64,000 nt of DNA, taken from contig JAKAGM010000002.1 in assembly GCA_021815445.1 (NCBI GenBank), positions 307,720-371,719 on the forward strand, given 5' to 3'. The DNA is from a bacterium (GTDB lineage Bacteria > Patescibacteriota > Patescibacteriia > UBA10025). The translations under genes were made by a program, and so were the position numbers. Positions 1-8,209 of the stretch are shown piece by piece. The notes under the pieces were generated by a model. That model had not been told where the DNA came from. It saw only the letters and a list, made by a program, of their open reading frames with translations, and ran no database searches. The stretch's first letter is position 1, and every line of letters begins with the position of its first letter.

Positions 1-141
1 TCCTGCGACGCAACCCCAGCGGGTATGGCCGGTCACTGTCAGCAATGGTAGAATAATCTTGAAACAATAGTACTGGGTAGGCTCCAGTCGAGGGCTTACT
101 CGTGCAGGATCAAAAAAGCCTTTATTACTAACTTTACTCTT

Positions 142-516
142 ATGCGTATCCGACAAGTGGTTATACTCTCAGTAGTCGCCGTAGCACTTCTAGTGCTTTC
201 TGGGTGCACCCCTTCAAATATGACGAATACGCCGGCGACAAACACAACATCAAACACAACATCCGGGTCATCTGTCTCAATTCAGAATCATTCATTCAGC
301 CCGAGCTCACTCACTGTTGCGAAAGGGACTGCTGTTACTTGGACGAATAACGACTCGACCAGCCACACGGTCACGGGGGACACGAGCGGTACCCAAAACA
401 GTTCGACTCTCGCACCAGGCGGGACATACAACTACACATTCAGCGCCGCCGGCACATATTCCTACCACTGTTCGTTCCACCCAGACATGACAGGCACTAT
501 CACAGTCACGCCATAG
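142..516 (+). CDS. Plastocyanin/cupredoxin-family lipoprotein (type 1 copper)
   Basis: Lipobox LSGC after a hydrophobic stretch; FSPSSLTV..G..VTWTNND..SHTV and Y-H-C-S-F-H-P-D-M-x-G copper-ligand motif. Confidence 0.9.
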   Translation: MRIRQVVILSVVAVALLVLSGCTPSNMTNTPATNTTSNTTSGSSVSIQNHSFSPSSLTVAKGTAVTWTNNDSTSHTVTGDTSGTQNSSTLAPGGTYNYTFSAAGTYSYHCSFHPDMTGTITVTP

Positions 517-533
517 TTCCACAGGTATCAATG

Positions 534-560
534 AAACGGCCGATCTCTTCGGCCGTTTTT
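534..560 (+). terminator. Intrinsic terminator
   Basis: AAACGGCCGA-TCTCT-TCGGCCGTTT hairpin with T tail directly after the cupredoxin stop. Confidence 0.75.
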
Positions 561-740
561 GAATTCAATTGGATTTGAAATAAGGAGATGAATGAACAAA
601 ACCATTTCAAAACGATCCGGGACTTCTGTGTACTTTTCTGATTTGACGTAACTGGGTATATCAGGATATAACAACGTAATCGTCCTTTTACAAATTTATC
701 GTCTTTCCACGAGTCAAAACCGAATGCAGGAGGGTCAGTC

Positions 741-3464
741 ATGAATGGGAACGCCGAATTTCCAGGGGTAACTCTGGACGATATCAGGCGCGTCCCCAAT
801 CCGACTCCTGCGTTTTGGAGTTGGATGTGGGATGCGTTCGCTAACGGCCGGCTTGATATTGCCGTGCAAGCGGCACTCAGCGCCGGACAGGCAACGGGTG
901 TCGAAAGCGCCCTATCGTTTTTGCAGGAATTGGGGAGCCGCTGTCAGGGCGAACCTTCAGCCGTGCACGTCGCGGACATTCAAAGGAAGCGACATTCCTC
1001 TCGGCATACCAGTACGCTACAGAAGATGTTAGGGGCGCCTACCTGGGCGAAGGATCCGCAGCTTATCTTAGGAGCACGCGGTCACGCCGTAGCCTCAGCA
1101 CTTTTGCGAGGAGCATACGATTCACATCGTAGTTCTTCCAAACATTACAAAGGTCCAGCCGGACAGCTTTCGTTATTTCCTCCCTTTGTTGATGTACCAC
1201 CCGGCGGGCAAACCAGACTTTTTTCTGGACCAGCCAGTTATAGTGAGCCACGGAATCCTCAAGGCGTCCGTCGGGCATCGTACCCAGTATTGATTCACCG
1301 CATCGAAAAGCACTGGGACGTCATTCGTAGGCTTATCGAGAATGGTGATCTCAACGCTTGGCGGACACGCAAAGGTGTAGTCCACAGGCTTGAACAAGCA
1401 ATCGAACAGATTGTCGGTGATCCGATCAACAAGCTCTGGCGAGAAGGGTGGGATCCCAGCGGCAACCTCGTTGTCCTCACCATCTTAAGCTGGGCGGCGA
1501 TGATTATCTCCCGCGGTCTGCAACGAATTCCCCACGCACTTTTTACTGAGATTGGAGTTCTCGGACAGCAGCATGGTTTGGGCGGCGGACGGATTGACGC
1601 AATTGAAGTGACTAGTATCAACGGTAAAAATCCGACTCCGTACCAGCAGAGGCTGCTTGGGATTCTCAGCAAAGGGCATTATCGATCCACAGGCCATTTG
1701 ATGAGAGTGCTCCTGGGGAATTTCCGCAACCCGGAGATCGTCGTTATCGACTGGAAATTTTTAGTCGGTGACATGATGAGTCGCGGATCCCAGCCTGATT
1801 TGCGCGCTCTTTGCGCCTCGCCCTTGTCTCACCACGAGGACCAGATGAGACGGTATTTAACGCTTATCCAGCTTGACTACCATCTCACTATTCGTCACCC
1901 CGAGCTCTGGCAGACAAATGAATTCTCGTTGCACGGGGAGCTTCATTACATCTTTCCGCACTGCAAACCTGTCGTTCACAACGTATCCATGACGCCCCAG
2001 GAGCTCGAGCAGTGGTTTGCGAATTCTGTGGCGCTTCGATGGTCGGCTGTCCAACGCCGAGCAATAGTACGCGTGGTAGACAACTTCATTATGGGAACGC
2101 TCGTCGGATTGCTCAACGGCCGTCCGCGGAAAAGAAACGGTACCCTGCACAACGGTGAAGCCGGTGAGCAGATTGAGCTCATACCAGCAGAGCCGCGAGT
2201 AACAGCTGCAACCATCGTTGAGCGAACTCAGGATTCCCACAGGAGGTTTGTTGATGAACATCAGATCATAGAGATTGTCGAGGAAAGACCATCGGGACAG
2301 GTCATCGAAATGCGACTGGATCGTCTTATGGAATGCGTCAGCCAGGGGTCTGTCTCAACGTTCGGGTTCTCCGCAGCACGTGGCGGAAAAATCCAATGTC
2401 TCATGCCTGGTCATCGGGACTCCACTTTCTCCCTGCAGGTGTATCTCGCTGATTTCCGTCCGCATTTTCACTGTTTCGGATGCGGGGCACACGGAAAAAT
2501 TGCGAGTGAATCAATTTCTCGCGAGTTTGCCCTTGCGTTCATTGCGAATCACCAAACTGACGCGCGTACAATTCAGCCGGTGACCAGCTCCCGACTGCCG
2601 GTCATTCCTGAAGAGCACCACCGTATCATGTCGTGCGCGCAAAAACTGCTTTCAGGAAATTTCTGGAACAGTGAGGGAGAGAGATACCTTGTGCAGACCC
2701 GCAAACTTGATGTTCAGCTCGCGTTTGAAAAGGGCGCGGGCTACGCCGATAGTCGGTTCATTTGCGCTCTCCTGGAGGAAGGGCTGACAGTTGATGAGCT
2801 GATCGTCTACGGATTCGTCGGTATTTCGCGCTCGGTATCCAGCCGACACGGACTAGCGCCGCTTCTGTTTGATCGCGGTTTCAAGCTTAACGAGATCAAG
2901 CGCCCGCTCCCCGGTTCAACTTCTGGGAAACCTATCTGGGGGATGCCGTATTCAACCCTTAACAACCGCGTCACCTTTCCGTTGACGCTTGAGGGGAGGG
3001 TTACCAATATCTATGGCCGGGCGGCGTACCGATGCGATAGAAGATTCTCGCATAGGAAGCTCTCGACCGAAAAGACAAAAGTTCCCCAAGGCGGATTCCA
3101 CATGGAAGCGCTCGAGGGAGAGGAAGGCGAGGTCGTAATCTCCGAAGGTGCGATTGATGCACTATCGCTCATCGAGCTCGGATGGCCCCGATCGCTGGCG
3201 ATGATAGGCGTCAGTAATACTGCCATCATCCGCGTCATGGCGCGGTCGCAGCGGAATTTCGCTATAGCGTTAGATAACGACGATACGGGAAGGAGGGAGA
3301 CAGCGAAGCTTGTAGAGCGACTCCGGGGCTTCGGATGGAAAGGCCAATCGCGCGACTTCACGGGCGAGTTTGTCCGACAACATCATGATCGCCAGTTCAA
3401 GGATTACAATGATTGGCTTATTGCTACCCGACTGCCGGCACCCGACGATGATCCGCCCTTTTAA
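741..3464 (+). CDS. Orphan multidomain protein: RecB/Cas4-like PD-(D/E)XK nuclease + CHC2-type Zn finger + DnaG-like TOPRIM domain
   Basis: 907-aa ORF with SD AGGAGG; motifs GARGH, GRIDAI, VIDWK, QMRRY (nuclease); C-LMPG-H...FHCFGCG (Zn finger); IYGR, SEGAIDALSL, ALDNDDTG, KDYNDW (TOPRIM primase). Confidence 0.75.
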   Translation: MNGNAEFPGVTLDDIRRVPNPTPAFWSWMWDAFANGRLDIAVQAALSAGQATGVESALSFLQELGSRCQGEPSAVHVADIQRKRHSSRHTSTLQKMLGAPTWAKDPQLILGARGHAVASALLRGAYDSHRSSSKHYKGPAGQLSLFPPFVDVPPGGQTRLFSGPASYSEPRNPQGVRRASYPVLIHRIEKHWDVIRRLIENGDLNAWRTRKGVVHRLEQAIEQIVGDPINKLWREGWDPSGNLVVLTILSWAAMIISRGLQRIPHALFTEIGVLGQQHGLGGGRIDAIEVTSINGKNPTPYQQRLLGILSKGHYRSTGHLMRVLLGNFRNPEIVVIDWKFLVGDMMSRGSQPDLRALCASPLSHHEDQMRRYLTLIQLDYHLTIRHPELWQTNEFSLHGELHYIFPHCKPVVHNVSMTPQELEQWFANSVALRWSAVQRRAIVRVVDNFIMGTLVGLLNGRPRKRNGTLHNGEAGEQIELIPAEPRVTAATIVERTQDSHRRFVDEHQIIEIVEERPSGQVIEMRLDRLMECVSQGSVSTFGFSAARGGKIQCLMPGHRDSTFSLQVYLADFRPHFHCFGCGAHGKIASESISREFALAFIANHQTDARTIQPVTSSRLPVIPEEHHRIMSCAQKLLSGNFWNSEGERYLVQTRKLDVQLAFEKGAGYADSRFICALLEEGLTVDELIVYGFVGISRSVSSRHGLAPLLFDRGFKLNEIKRPLPGSTSGKPIWGMPYSTLNNRVTFPLTLEGRVTNIYGRAAYRCDRRFSHRKLSTEKTKVPQGGFHMEALEGEEGEVVISEGAIDALSLIELGWPRSLAMIGVSNTAIIRVMARSQRNFAIALDNDDTGRRETAKLVERLRGFGWKGQSRDFTGEFVRQHHDRQFKDYNDWLIATRLPAPDDDPPF

Positions 3465-3474
3465 GTCTCTGTAT

Positions 3475-3508
3475 GCAGGACACCTACATTTTGGTGACCT
3501 GCTTTTTT
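3475..3508 (+). terminator. Intrinsic terminator
   Basis: GCAGGACACC...GGTGACCTGC imperfect hairpin followed by TTTTTT. Confidence 0.6.
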
Positions 3509-3581
3509 ATTCCTATCTGATTTATTCGTTTCAAAAATATTTTTTCTTACGTCACTCCCCCCGATTTATCCACCTCATAAT

Positions 3582-3618
3582 TTGACGTTTATTCTTTTGT
3601 GTACTACCCTGTGTAGTA
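3582..3618 (+). promoter_or_regulatory. Sigma70 promoter with overlapping BlaI/CopY-type operator (copy 1)
   Basis: TTGACG(3582)-17 bp-TACCCT(3605); palindrome TACTAC-CCTGT-GTAGTA at 3602-3618. Confidence 0.75.
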
Positions 3619-3651
3619 GGCAGGCGTTTCTTGCTTAATAACTGCTAAGAT

Positions 3652-4038
3652 ATGGGCAAAAAGTCGTTATCCACAACCGTAATTGTCGCATTTGTTCTTG
3701 CGTCTCTTTTGAGCCCTATTTTTCTCGCCTCATGCTCACTGGGCGCGGGGCACGATATAGTCATGAGGACTATCGGAATGAGTTGTTCGACAGAACTGCT
3801 CCGTCACCTCACTAAATTACAGGGGATATTTCTTGCATTTGCCATAAGCTTGGTACTGGCTATTCTCGCACCATATTTCGTACGTTCCGTAGATGATGAG
3901 AGTGAACTGACGCGTACACGACAAATATTTTTTTCTTTTCGGGCTTTTTCACACAACATGAAATTTTTTGACGCTCTTCGCCTAGCTTTTGCAGAGGGGG
4001 TCATCGGCGCAAAACGCTTCGACACACTGGCGGTCTAG
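3652..4038 (+). CDS. Small membrane protein, first gene of the copper/redox cluster
   Basis: 128-aa ORF right after the promoter; two hydrophobic segments flanking a Cys/His/Met-containing loop. Confidence 0.65.
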   Translation: MGKKSLSTTVIVAFVLASLLSPIFLASCSLGAGHDIVMRTIGMSCSTELLRHLTKLQGIFLAFAISLVLAILAPYFVRSVDDESELTRTRQIFFSFRAFSHNMKFFDALRLAFAEGVIGAKRFDTLAV

Positions 4039-4124
4039 AACGGGTCCAAACAACCTCAACGGAGTATCGTCGAGTCAGGATCCGTTTTTTGGCATTCGAA
4101 GCGCTTTTAATGTATTTAAAAACT

Positions 4125-4772
4125 ATGTCCAGACATTCACGTCAAAACAACTCATCTCATGTCATCGTAATGAAAAAGAAACACTTCTATCTTTCGCTTG
4201 TTATGGTTATCGTCGCTGTCGGGATTTTAACCGCTGTCATTTCTTCGGGCAAAGGAAAGATAGGAAGCGTGGAGAGCTCCTCAGAAGTGTCGGGCAATAT
4301 ACAGTTTGAGAATGCAATCGGTAAGCGGGCGCCGGATTTTGAGCTTGAAAATACCAACGGCGCCAAGGTCAGTCTCAAACAGCTTCGGGGAAAGGCCATC
4401 GTCCTCTTCTTTAACGAAGGAAGCATGTGCTATCCGGCGTGTTGGAATCAGGTTAAAGAGCTCGCCGCCGACCAACGACTGAACAATGATCAGATTCAGG
4501 CTTACTCCATTGTCGACGAGTCAAAAGGCGCGTGGCAAAGCATCATGAAGAAGCAGCCGGAATATTCGACTGATAAAATGTTGTTTGATACCTCGCGGAA
4601 AGTATCTCTGGCGTATGATGTTCTTTCGCTTCCTTCCTCGATGCATAAAGGAGCATTTCCGGGACACACCTACATTGTGATAGATAAAGAGGGGATAATC
4701 CGCTACGTGCTTGACGATCCGAGCATGGCAATCCGCAACGACCAGATTCTGGCCGAGGCACAAAAGATCTAA
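4125..4772 (+). CDS. Membrane-anchored redoxin/peroxiredoxin-like (AhpC/TSA) thioredoxin-fold protein
   Basis: N-terminal TM; APDFEL..NG..VSL..LRGK.IVLFF, CYPAC, TYIVIDKEGIIRY; start at 4125 is uncertain (4170 is an alternative). Confidence 0.8.
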   Translation: MSRHSRQNNSSHVIVMKKKHFYLSLVMVIVAVGILTAVISSGKGKIGSVESSSEVSGNIQFENAIGKRAPDFELENTNGAKVSLKQLRGKAIVLFFNEGSMCYPACWNQVKELAADQRLNNDQIQAYSIVDESKGAWQSIMKKQPEYSTDKMLFDTSRKVSLAYDVLSLPSSMHKGAFPGHTYIVIDKEGIIRYVLDDPSMAIRNDQILAEAQKI

Positions 4773-4786
4773 CCCGTACTTCCCCT

Positions 4787-5683
4787 ATGGATCTTCTTAT
4801 CTCATCATCACTGATTACCGCATTTCTTGCCGGTGTTGCCGCGCTCTTCGCCCCCTGTTGCATTACCGTGCTCTTGCCCGCGTACCTCGCCTCGATATTC
4901 AAAGAAAAGCGCACGGTCTTTCTGATGACGTTTGTGTTTTTTCTCGGGCTGTTGACCATCTTCTTGCCGCTCGGGCTCGGATTCGCGGGTCTCGGGAAAT
5001 TTCTGACGCGAAACCATACGTGGGTCTTTATCGGGGGAAGCATTATTATGTTCGCGCTCGGAACCATGATATTGCTGGGCAAGCATATTTCCCTTCCTGT
5101 CCACCTGCCATCGACGAAGATTACCAATACCGGATCGGTGTATCTGCTCGGTATCTTTTCTGGAATAGCCACAGTATGTTGCGCGCCGGTGCTGGCAGGA
5201 ACACTTACCTTGTCTGTCCTGCCCGGGTCGGTGCTATGGGGAGGCGTATATGCGGTCGTGTATGTACTGGGCATGGTGATCCCGCTCTTCGTCATCGCCT
5301 TCTTCCTTGATGAAACACATGCAATAAAGAAATTGAAGATTTTCCGGGCTACGATGTCGTATTCCATCGGTGCGCGACAGGTGCATTTACGCATCGCCGA
5401 TCTTATTTCAGGTTTTACCTTCCTTCTTATGGGTGTCGTCACGGTGATTGTCGCGATAAAGAATCCTTCCGGCGGAATGGTCTTTTCGGGATCTGCTCTG
5501 CAGACAGCAGTCAATATCACAGCCTCGCAGATTACCGACGCGCTTTCACGCACCTCAGGCTCGGTTCCCGCATTCGCCTGGCTGATCGCCGTAGGCCTCA
5601 TTATTCTCGGTATTGTCGTCTATGCATGGAAAAGGTCGCATGATCCGTTAGCTGACAGCACGAAAGGAGGTGAAGAATTATGA
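4787..5683 (+). CDS. ccdA: CcdA/DsbD-family transmembrane electron transporter (copy 1)
   Basis: AFLAG..ALFAPCC...LPAYL and ATVCCAPVLAG motifs; multiple TM helices. Confidence 0.85.
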   Translation: MDLLISSSLITAFLAGVAALFAPCCITVLLPAYLASIFKEKRTVFLMTFVFFLGLLTIFLPLGLGFAGLGKFLTRNHTWVFIGGSIIMFALGTMILLGKHISLPVHLPSTKITNTGSVYLLGIFSGIATVCCAPVLAGTLTLSVLPGSVLWGGVYAVVYVLGMVIPLFVIAFFLDETHAIKKLKIFRATMSYSIGARQVHLRIADLISGFTFLLMGVVTVIVAIKNPSGGMVFSGSALQTAVNITASQITDALSRTSGSVPAFAWLIAVGLIILGIVVYAWKRSHDPLADSTKGGEEL

Positions 5684-6300
5684 AAGTGAAATACATTTTG
5701 AATGGAATTATATTCATCTATGCGTTCTTTTTTGTCGTCTTGAACGGGTTTCTGCTTGCCAGCACAGCCGTCATGGCGACCACCGCGATGGTGTCGCCAT
5801 CCCCAACAACTACGCAAACACAGCAGTCGCAAGGTCCCACGAATGCGCAGGTAGCTTCTGTCGTTGCCCAAGTTATCCCTGCGGGCATCCCGCCGGTGTA
5901 CGGATCGGAGCTCAATGTGAATTTCTCGAATCCTGTTGCGAGTCTGACTATCCTTGACGGCTATGACCGAGGCGCAAATAAAATTGATCTTCAGGGCGAT
6001 GCGCTCGCGCGATACATCAAGATAGCAATGAAAACGGCCTGTGAATTCTGTTGCGGAGCAAAAACGCTCGTGTTCAAAGATGGCAGTCCGGCATGCGGAT
6101 GCGCCCATTCAGCGGCAATGCGCGGCGTTGCCAAGTACTTGATCCAAAAACACGGCACTGAATTCACCGATGAGCAAATTCTGACTGAAGTGAATAAGTG
6201 GAAAGCGATATCGTTCCCCAAGCAGACGGTGGAGCGGGCGCTCGCGAGTGCCGGAGGGAGCAGCTCCGTAAATCTTCCCTCGCAAGTGGGCGGATGTTAA
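5680..6300 (+). CDS. Membrane-anchored Cys-rich protein (CEFCC...CGCAH), C-terminal NLPSQVGGC
   Basis: 206-aa ORF overlapping the ccdA stop; N-terminal TM; loosely CcmH/PCYCGC-like Cys pattern. Confidence 0.75.
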   Translation: MKVKYILNGIIFIYAFFFVVLNGFLLASTAVMATTAMVSPSPTTTQTQQSQGPTNAQVASVVAQVIPAGIPPVYGSELNVNFSNPVASLTILDGYDRGANKIDLQGDALARYIKIAMKTACEFCCGAKTLVFKDGSPACGCAHSAAMRGVAKYLIQKHGTEFTDEQILTEVNKWKAISFPKQTVERALASAGGSSSVNLPSQVGGC

Positions 6301-6341
6301 CCGCCTCCAATATTCTAATATCCATAATCAATGAATAGCAT

Positions 6342-6641
6342 ATGAGCCAGATTTCCTCCCCGCACGGAGACGTGCTTCACAGACATGAGGATGCCCCGAA
6401 GGACAAGGTTGTTCAAATCCGCCTGAACCGGAGCACATTCATGAGCGGCATTTTACTTCTCTTTGCCATCGTGGTGACGGTGCAGTTCTTCCAGATCAAG
6501 GGCCTCAGGGCTCAGGTGACTAATTCCGGATCCGCACAGCAGCCGTCGGTGTCCGCCCCCGCCTCACAACAACCGGCTGCGCAACCGGCGCAGTCCTCGG
6601 GAGCGTTGCAAAACCTGCCAAGCCAGGTTGGAGGCTGTTAG
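6342..6641 (+). CDS. Small single-TM protein with C-terminal NLPSQVGGC
   Basis: 99-aa ORF in the operon; His-rich N-terminus, one TM, Ser/Gln/Ala linker, same last 9 residues as the previous gene. Confidence 0.75.
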   Translation: MSQISSPHGDVLHRHEDAPKDKVVQIRLNRSTFMSGILLLFAIVVTVQFFQIKGLRAQVTNSGSAQQPSVSAPASQQPAAQPAQSSGALQNLPSQVGGC

Positions 6642-6645
6642 CCAT

Positions 6646-6885
6646 ATGAAGAGAGCCGAGCTAATCTTTTTTTCGCTCGTCGGACTCGTACTCCTAGTAG
6701 TGCTTGCCGCATCATTTGCCCCGCAGGCGCAGAAGTCGTTCCGCAATACCCCGGAAAACTATGCTCGCGCAAAGGCAGCGGAGGTCGCCGGCAACCCTTG
6801 TGCAACCCCGCCGGGGTACACTGATGCCCAATGGCGCCAGCATATGAGCCACCATCCGGATCAATATCCCGGCTGTCTGAAATAA
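6646..6885 (+). CDS. Small exported protein with Cys pair and HMSHH motif (possible metal binding)
   Basis: ATG at 6646; hydrophobic N-terminus; C...WRQHMSHHPDQYPGC. Confidence 0.7.
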   Translation: MKRAELIFFSLVGLVLLVVLAASFAPQAQKSFRNTPENYARAKAAEVAGNPCATPPGYTDAQWRQHMSHHPDQYPGCLK

Positions 6886-6889
6886 AGGT

Positions 6890-7630
6890 ATGAATCTCGT
6901 AGCCTTCCCATTTCTCTTCGGCATCCTCGCGTTCTTGTCACCCTGCATTATGCCCATGCTGCAGGTATATTTGTCCTTAGTTACCGGAACAACGATTTCC
7001 GAGCTAACGACAAAAGATCCGGATGCAGAGGTCCGCCGTAGAGTTTTGGGAAGGACTGCGTGCTTCATCCTGGGATTCAGTGTTGTATTCGTACTGGCCG
7101 GTATGTTTGCTGGTTCAGTAGGATCGTTCCTGAAGGAGAGATCGGTCGTGCTCAATTATATCGGGGGGTTGATCATCGTTCTGCTGGGCCTCAAGATGCT
7201 CGGAGTGTTCCAGATGAAATTTCTCAGCAATCTGCATCTAGAGCCGGAGCGATTTCCCTTGCTCAAGAAGGATACCATGGCTGGAGCATTCTTGGTCGGC
7301 CTCTTTTTCGCGGTAGCCTGTTCGCACTGTTTCGGACCGCTGTTGTACTCCACGCTTATCGTTGCTGCCAATACCCAGTCCGCAACCAGCGGACTCGTAG
7401 TGCTCTTGAGCTTCTCTGCAGGCTTGGCTGTTCCGTATTTTATCACTGCCGCAGCGCTGCCGAGCGTTCTCGGGATGCTTCGACGGTTCAGCGCTGCAAT
7501 TACCGTGATCATAAAGGCGAGCGGGGCGTTCCTGGTCATTTTCGGCGTATTGGTGTTCTTCAACCAGTTTCAAATTCTCGCAACGCTTCTGGGCAAGATT
7601 GTTCCATGGGGAAATATCCTTTCCCTATAA
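6890..7630 (+). CDS. ccdA: CcdA/DsbD-family transmembrane protein (copy 2)
   Basis: GILAFLSPCIMPM and ACSHCFGP motifs; about 6 TM. Confidence 0.88.
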   Translation: MNLVAFPFLFGILAFLSPCIMPMLQVYLSLVTGTTISELTTKDPDAEVRRRVLGRTACFILGFSVVFVLAGMFAGSVGSFLKERSVVLNYIGGLIIVLLGLKMLGVFQMKFLSNLHLEPERFPLLKKDTMAGAFLVGLFFAVACSHCFGPLLYSTLIVAANTQSATSGLVVLLSFSAGLAVPYFITAAALPSVLGMLRRFSAAITVIIKASGAFLVIFGVLVFFNQFQILATLLGKIVPWGNILSL

Positions 7631-7664
7631 AGGTCGGTATGTCGCTACATATTAATCATTTACA

Positions 7665-7709
7665 ATGACACCTATGAAAAAAATACCAGGCGGCGGAGGA
7701 TGCTGTTAG
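7665..7709 (+). CDS. Putative micropeptide MTPMKKIPGGGGCC
   Basis: ATG ACA CCT ATG AAA AAA ATA CCA GGC GGC GGA GGA TGC TGT TAG; ends in GGCC like neighbouring GGC-tailed proteins. Confidence 0.3.
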   Translation: MTPMKKIPGGGGCC

Positions 7710-7762
7710 TTCTATTTGCAAAATAAATTCACAAGAGTAACTCTTAAAAAGCCAAGCATTAT

Positions 7763-7799
7763 TTGACGGCCGTTTTATTTTGTACTACCCTGTGTAGTA
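7763..7799 (+). promoter_or_regulatory. Sigma70 promoter with overlapping BlaI/CopY-type operator (copy 2)
   Basis: TTGACG(7763)-17 bp-TACCCT(7786); TACTAC-CCTGT-GTAGTA at 7783-7799, identical to copy 1, directly upstream of the repressor gene. Confidence 0.8.
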
Positions 7800-7825
7800 G
7801 GCACTTATCCACACACCAAAATCAT

Positions 7826-8209
7826 ATGGCCAAACCTTCATTTCACCTCCTTGGAGACCTTGAGAAGCAGATCATGGAAATTGTTTGGAAACAGGAGCAG
7901 GTTACCGTCAGAGGCGTTGTAGAAATACTCCATAAAAAGCGTGAGATTGCTTATACGACAGTCATGACAGTTATGAACCGGCTTTCCGAGAAAAAGCTGC
8001 TCACCCGAAAGGAAGACGGCGGCGCTTTTGCATATGTAGCCACCCAGAAACGGGAATTATTCATGAGTAGGGCATCCGAAAATGTTATTCGTGGGCTGTT
8101 ATCCGAGTGCGGAGAGGTGGCCATAGCCCAATTTGTTGAAGCACTCGAGGATGTTGATCCGGCGAAGTTAGCACTGCTTGAAAAAAAGATTAGGGAAAAA
8201 CGGTCATGA
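7826..8209 (+). CDS. BlaI/MecI/CopY family transcriptional repressor
   Basis: LGDLEKQIMEIVW...TVR.V...IAYTTVMTVMNRLSEKKLLTR winged-helix signature. Confidence 0.92.
   Translation: MAKPSFHLLGDLEKQIMEIVWKQEQVTVRGVVEILHKKREIAYTTVMTVMNRLSEKKLLTRKEDGGAFAYVATQKRELFMSRASENVIRGLLSECGEVAIAQFVEALEDVDPAKLALLEKKIREKRS

Noticed and set aside
1-141. Possible structured leader or riboswitch upstream of the cupredoxin
   Set aside because: Only short imperfect stems; no recognisable riboswitch consensus
4543-5601. 352-aa minus-strand ORF
   Set aside because: Antisense shadow of the redoxin and ccdA genes; no motifs
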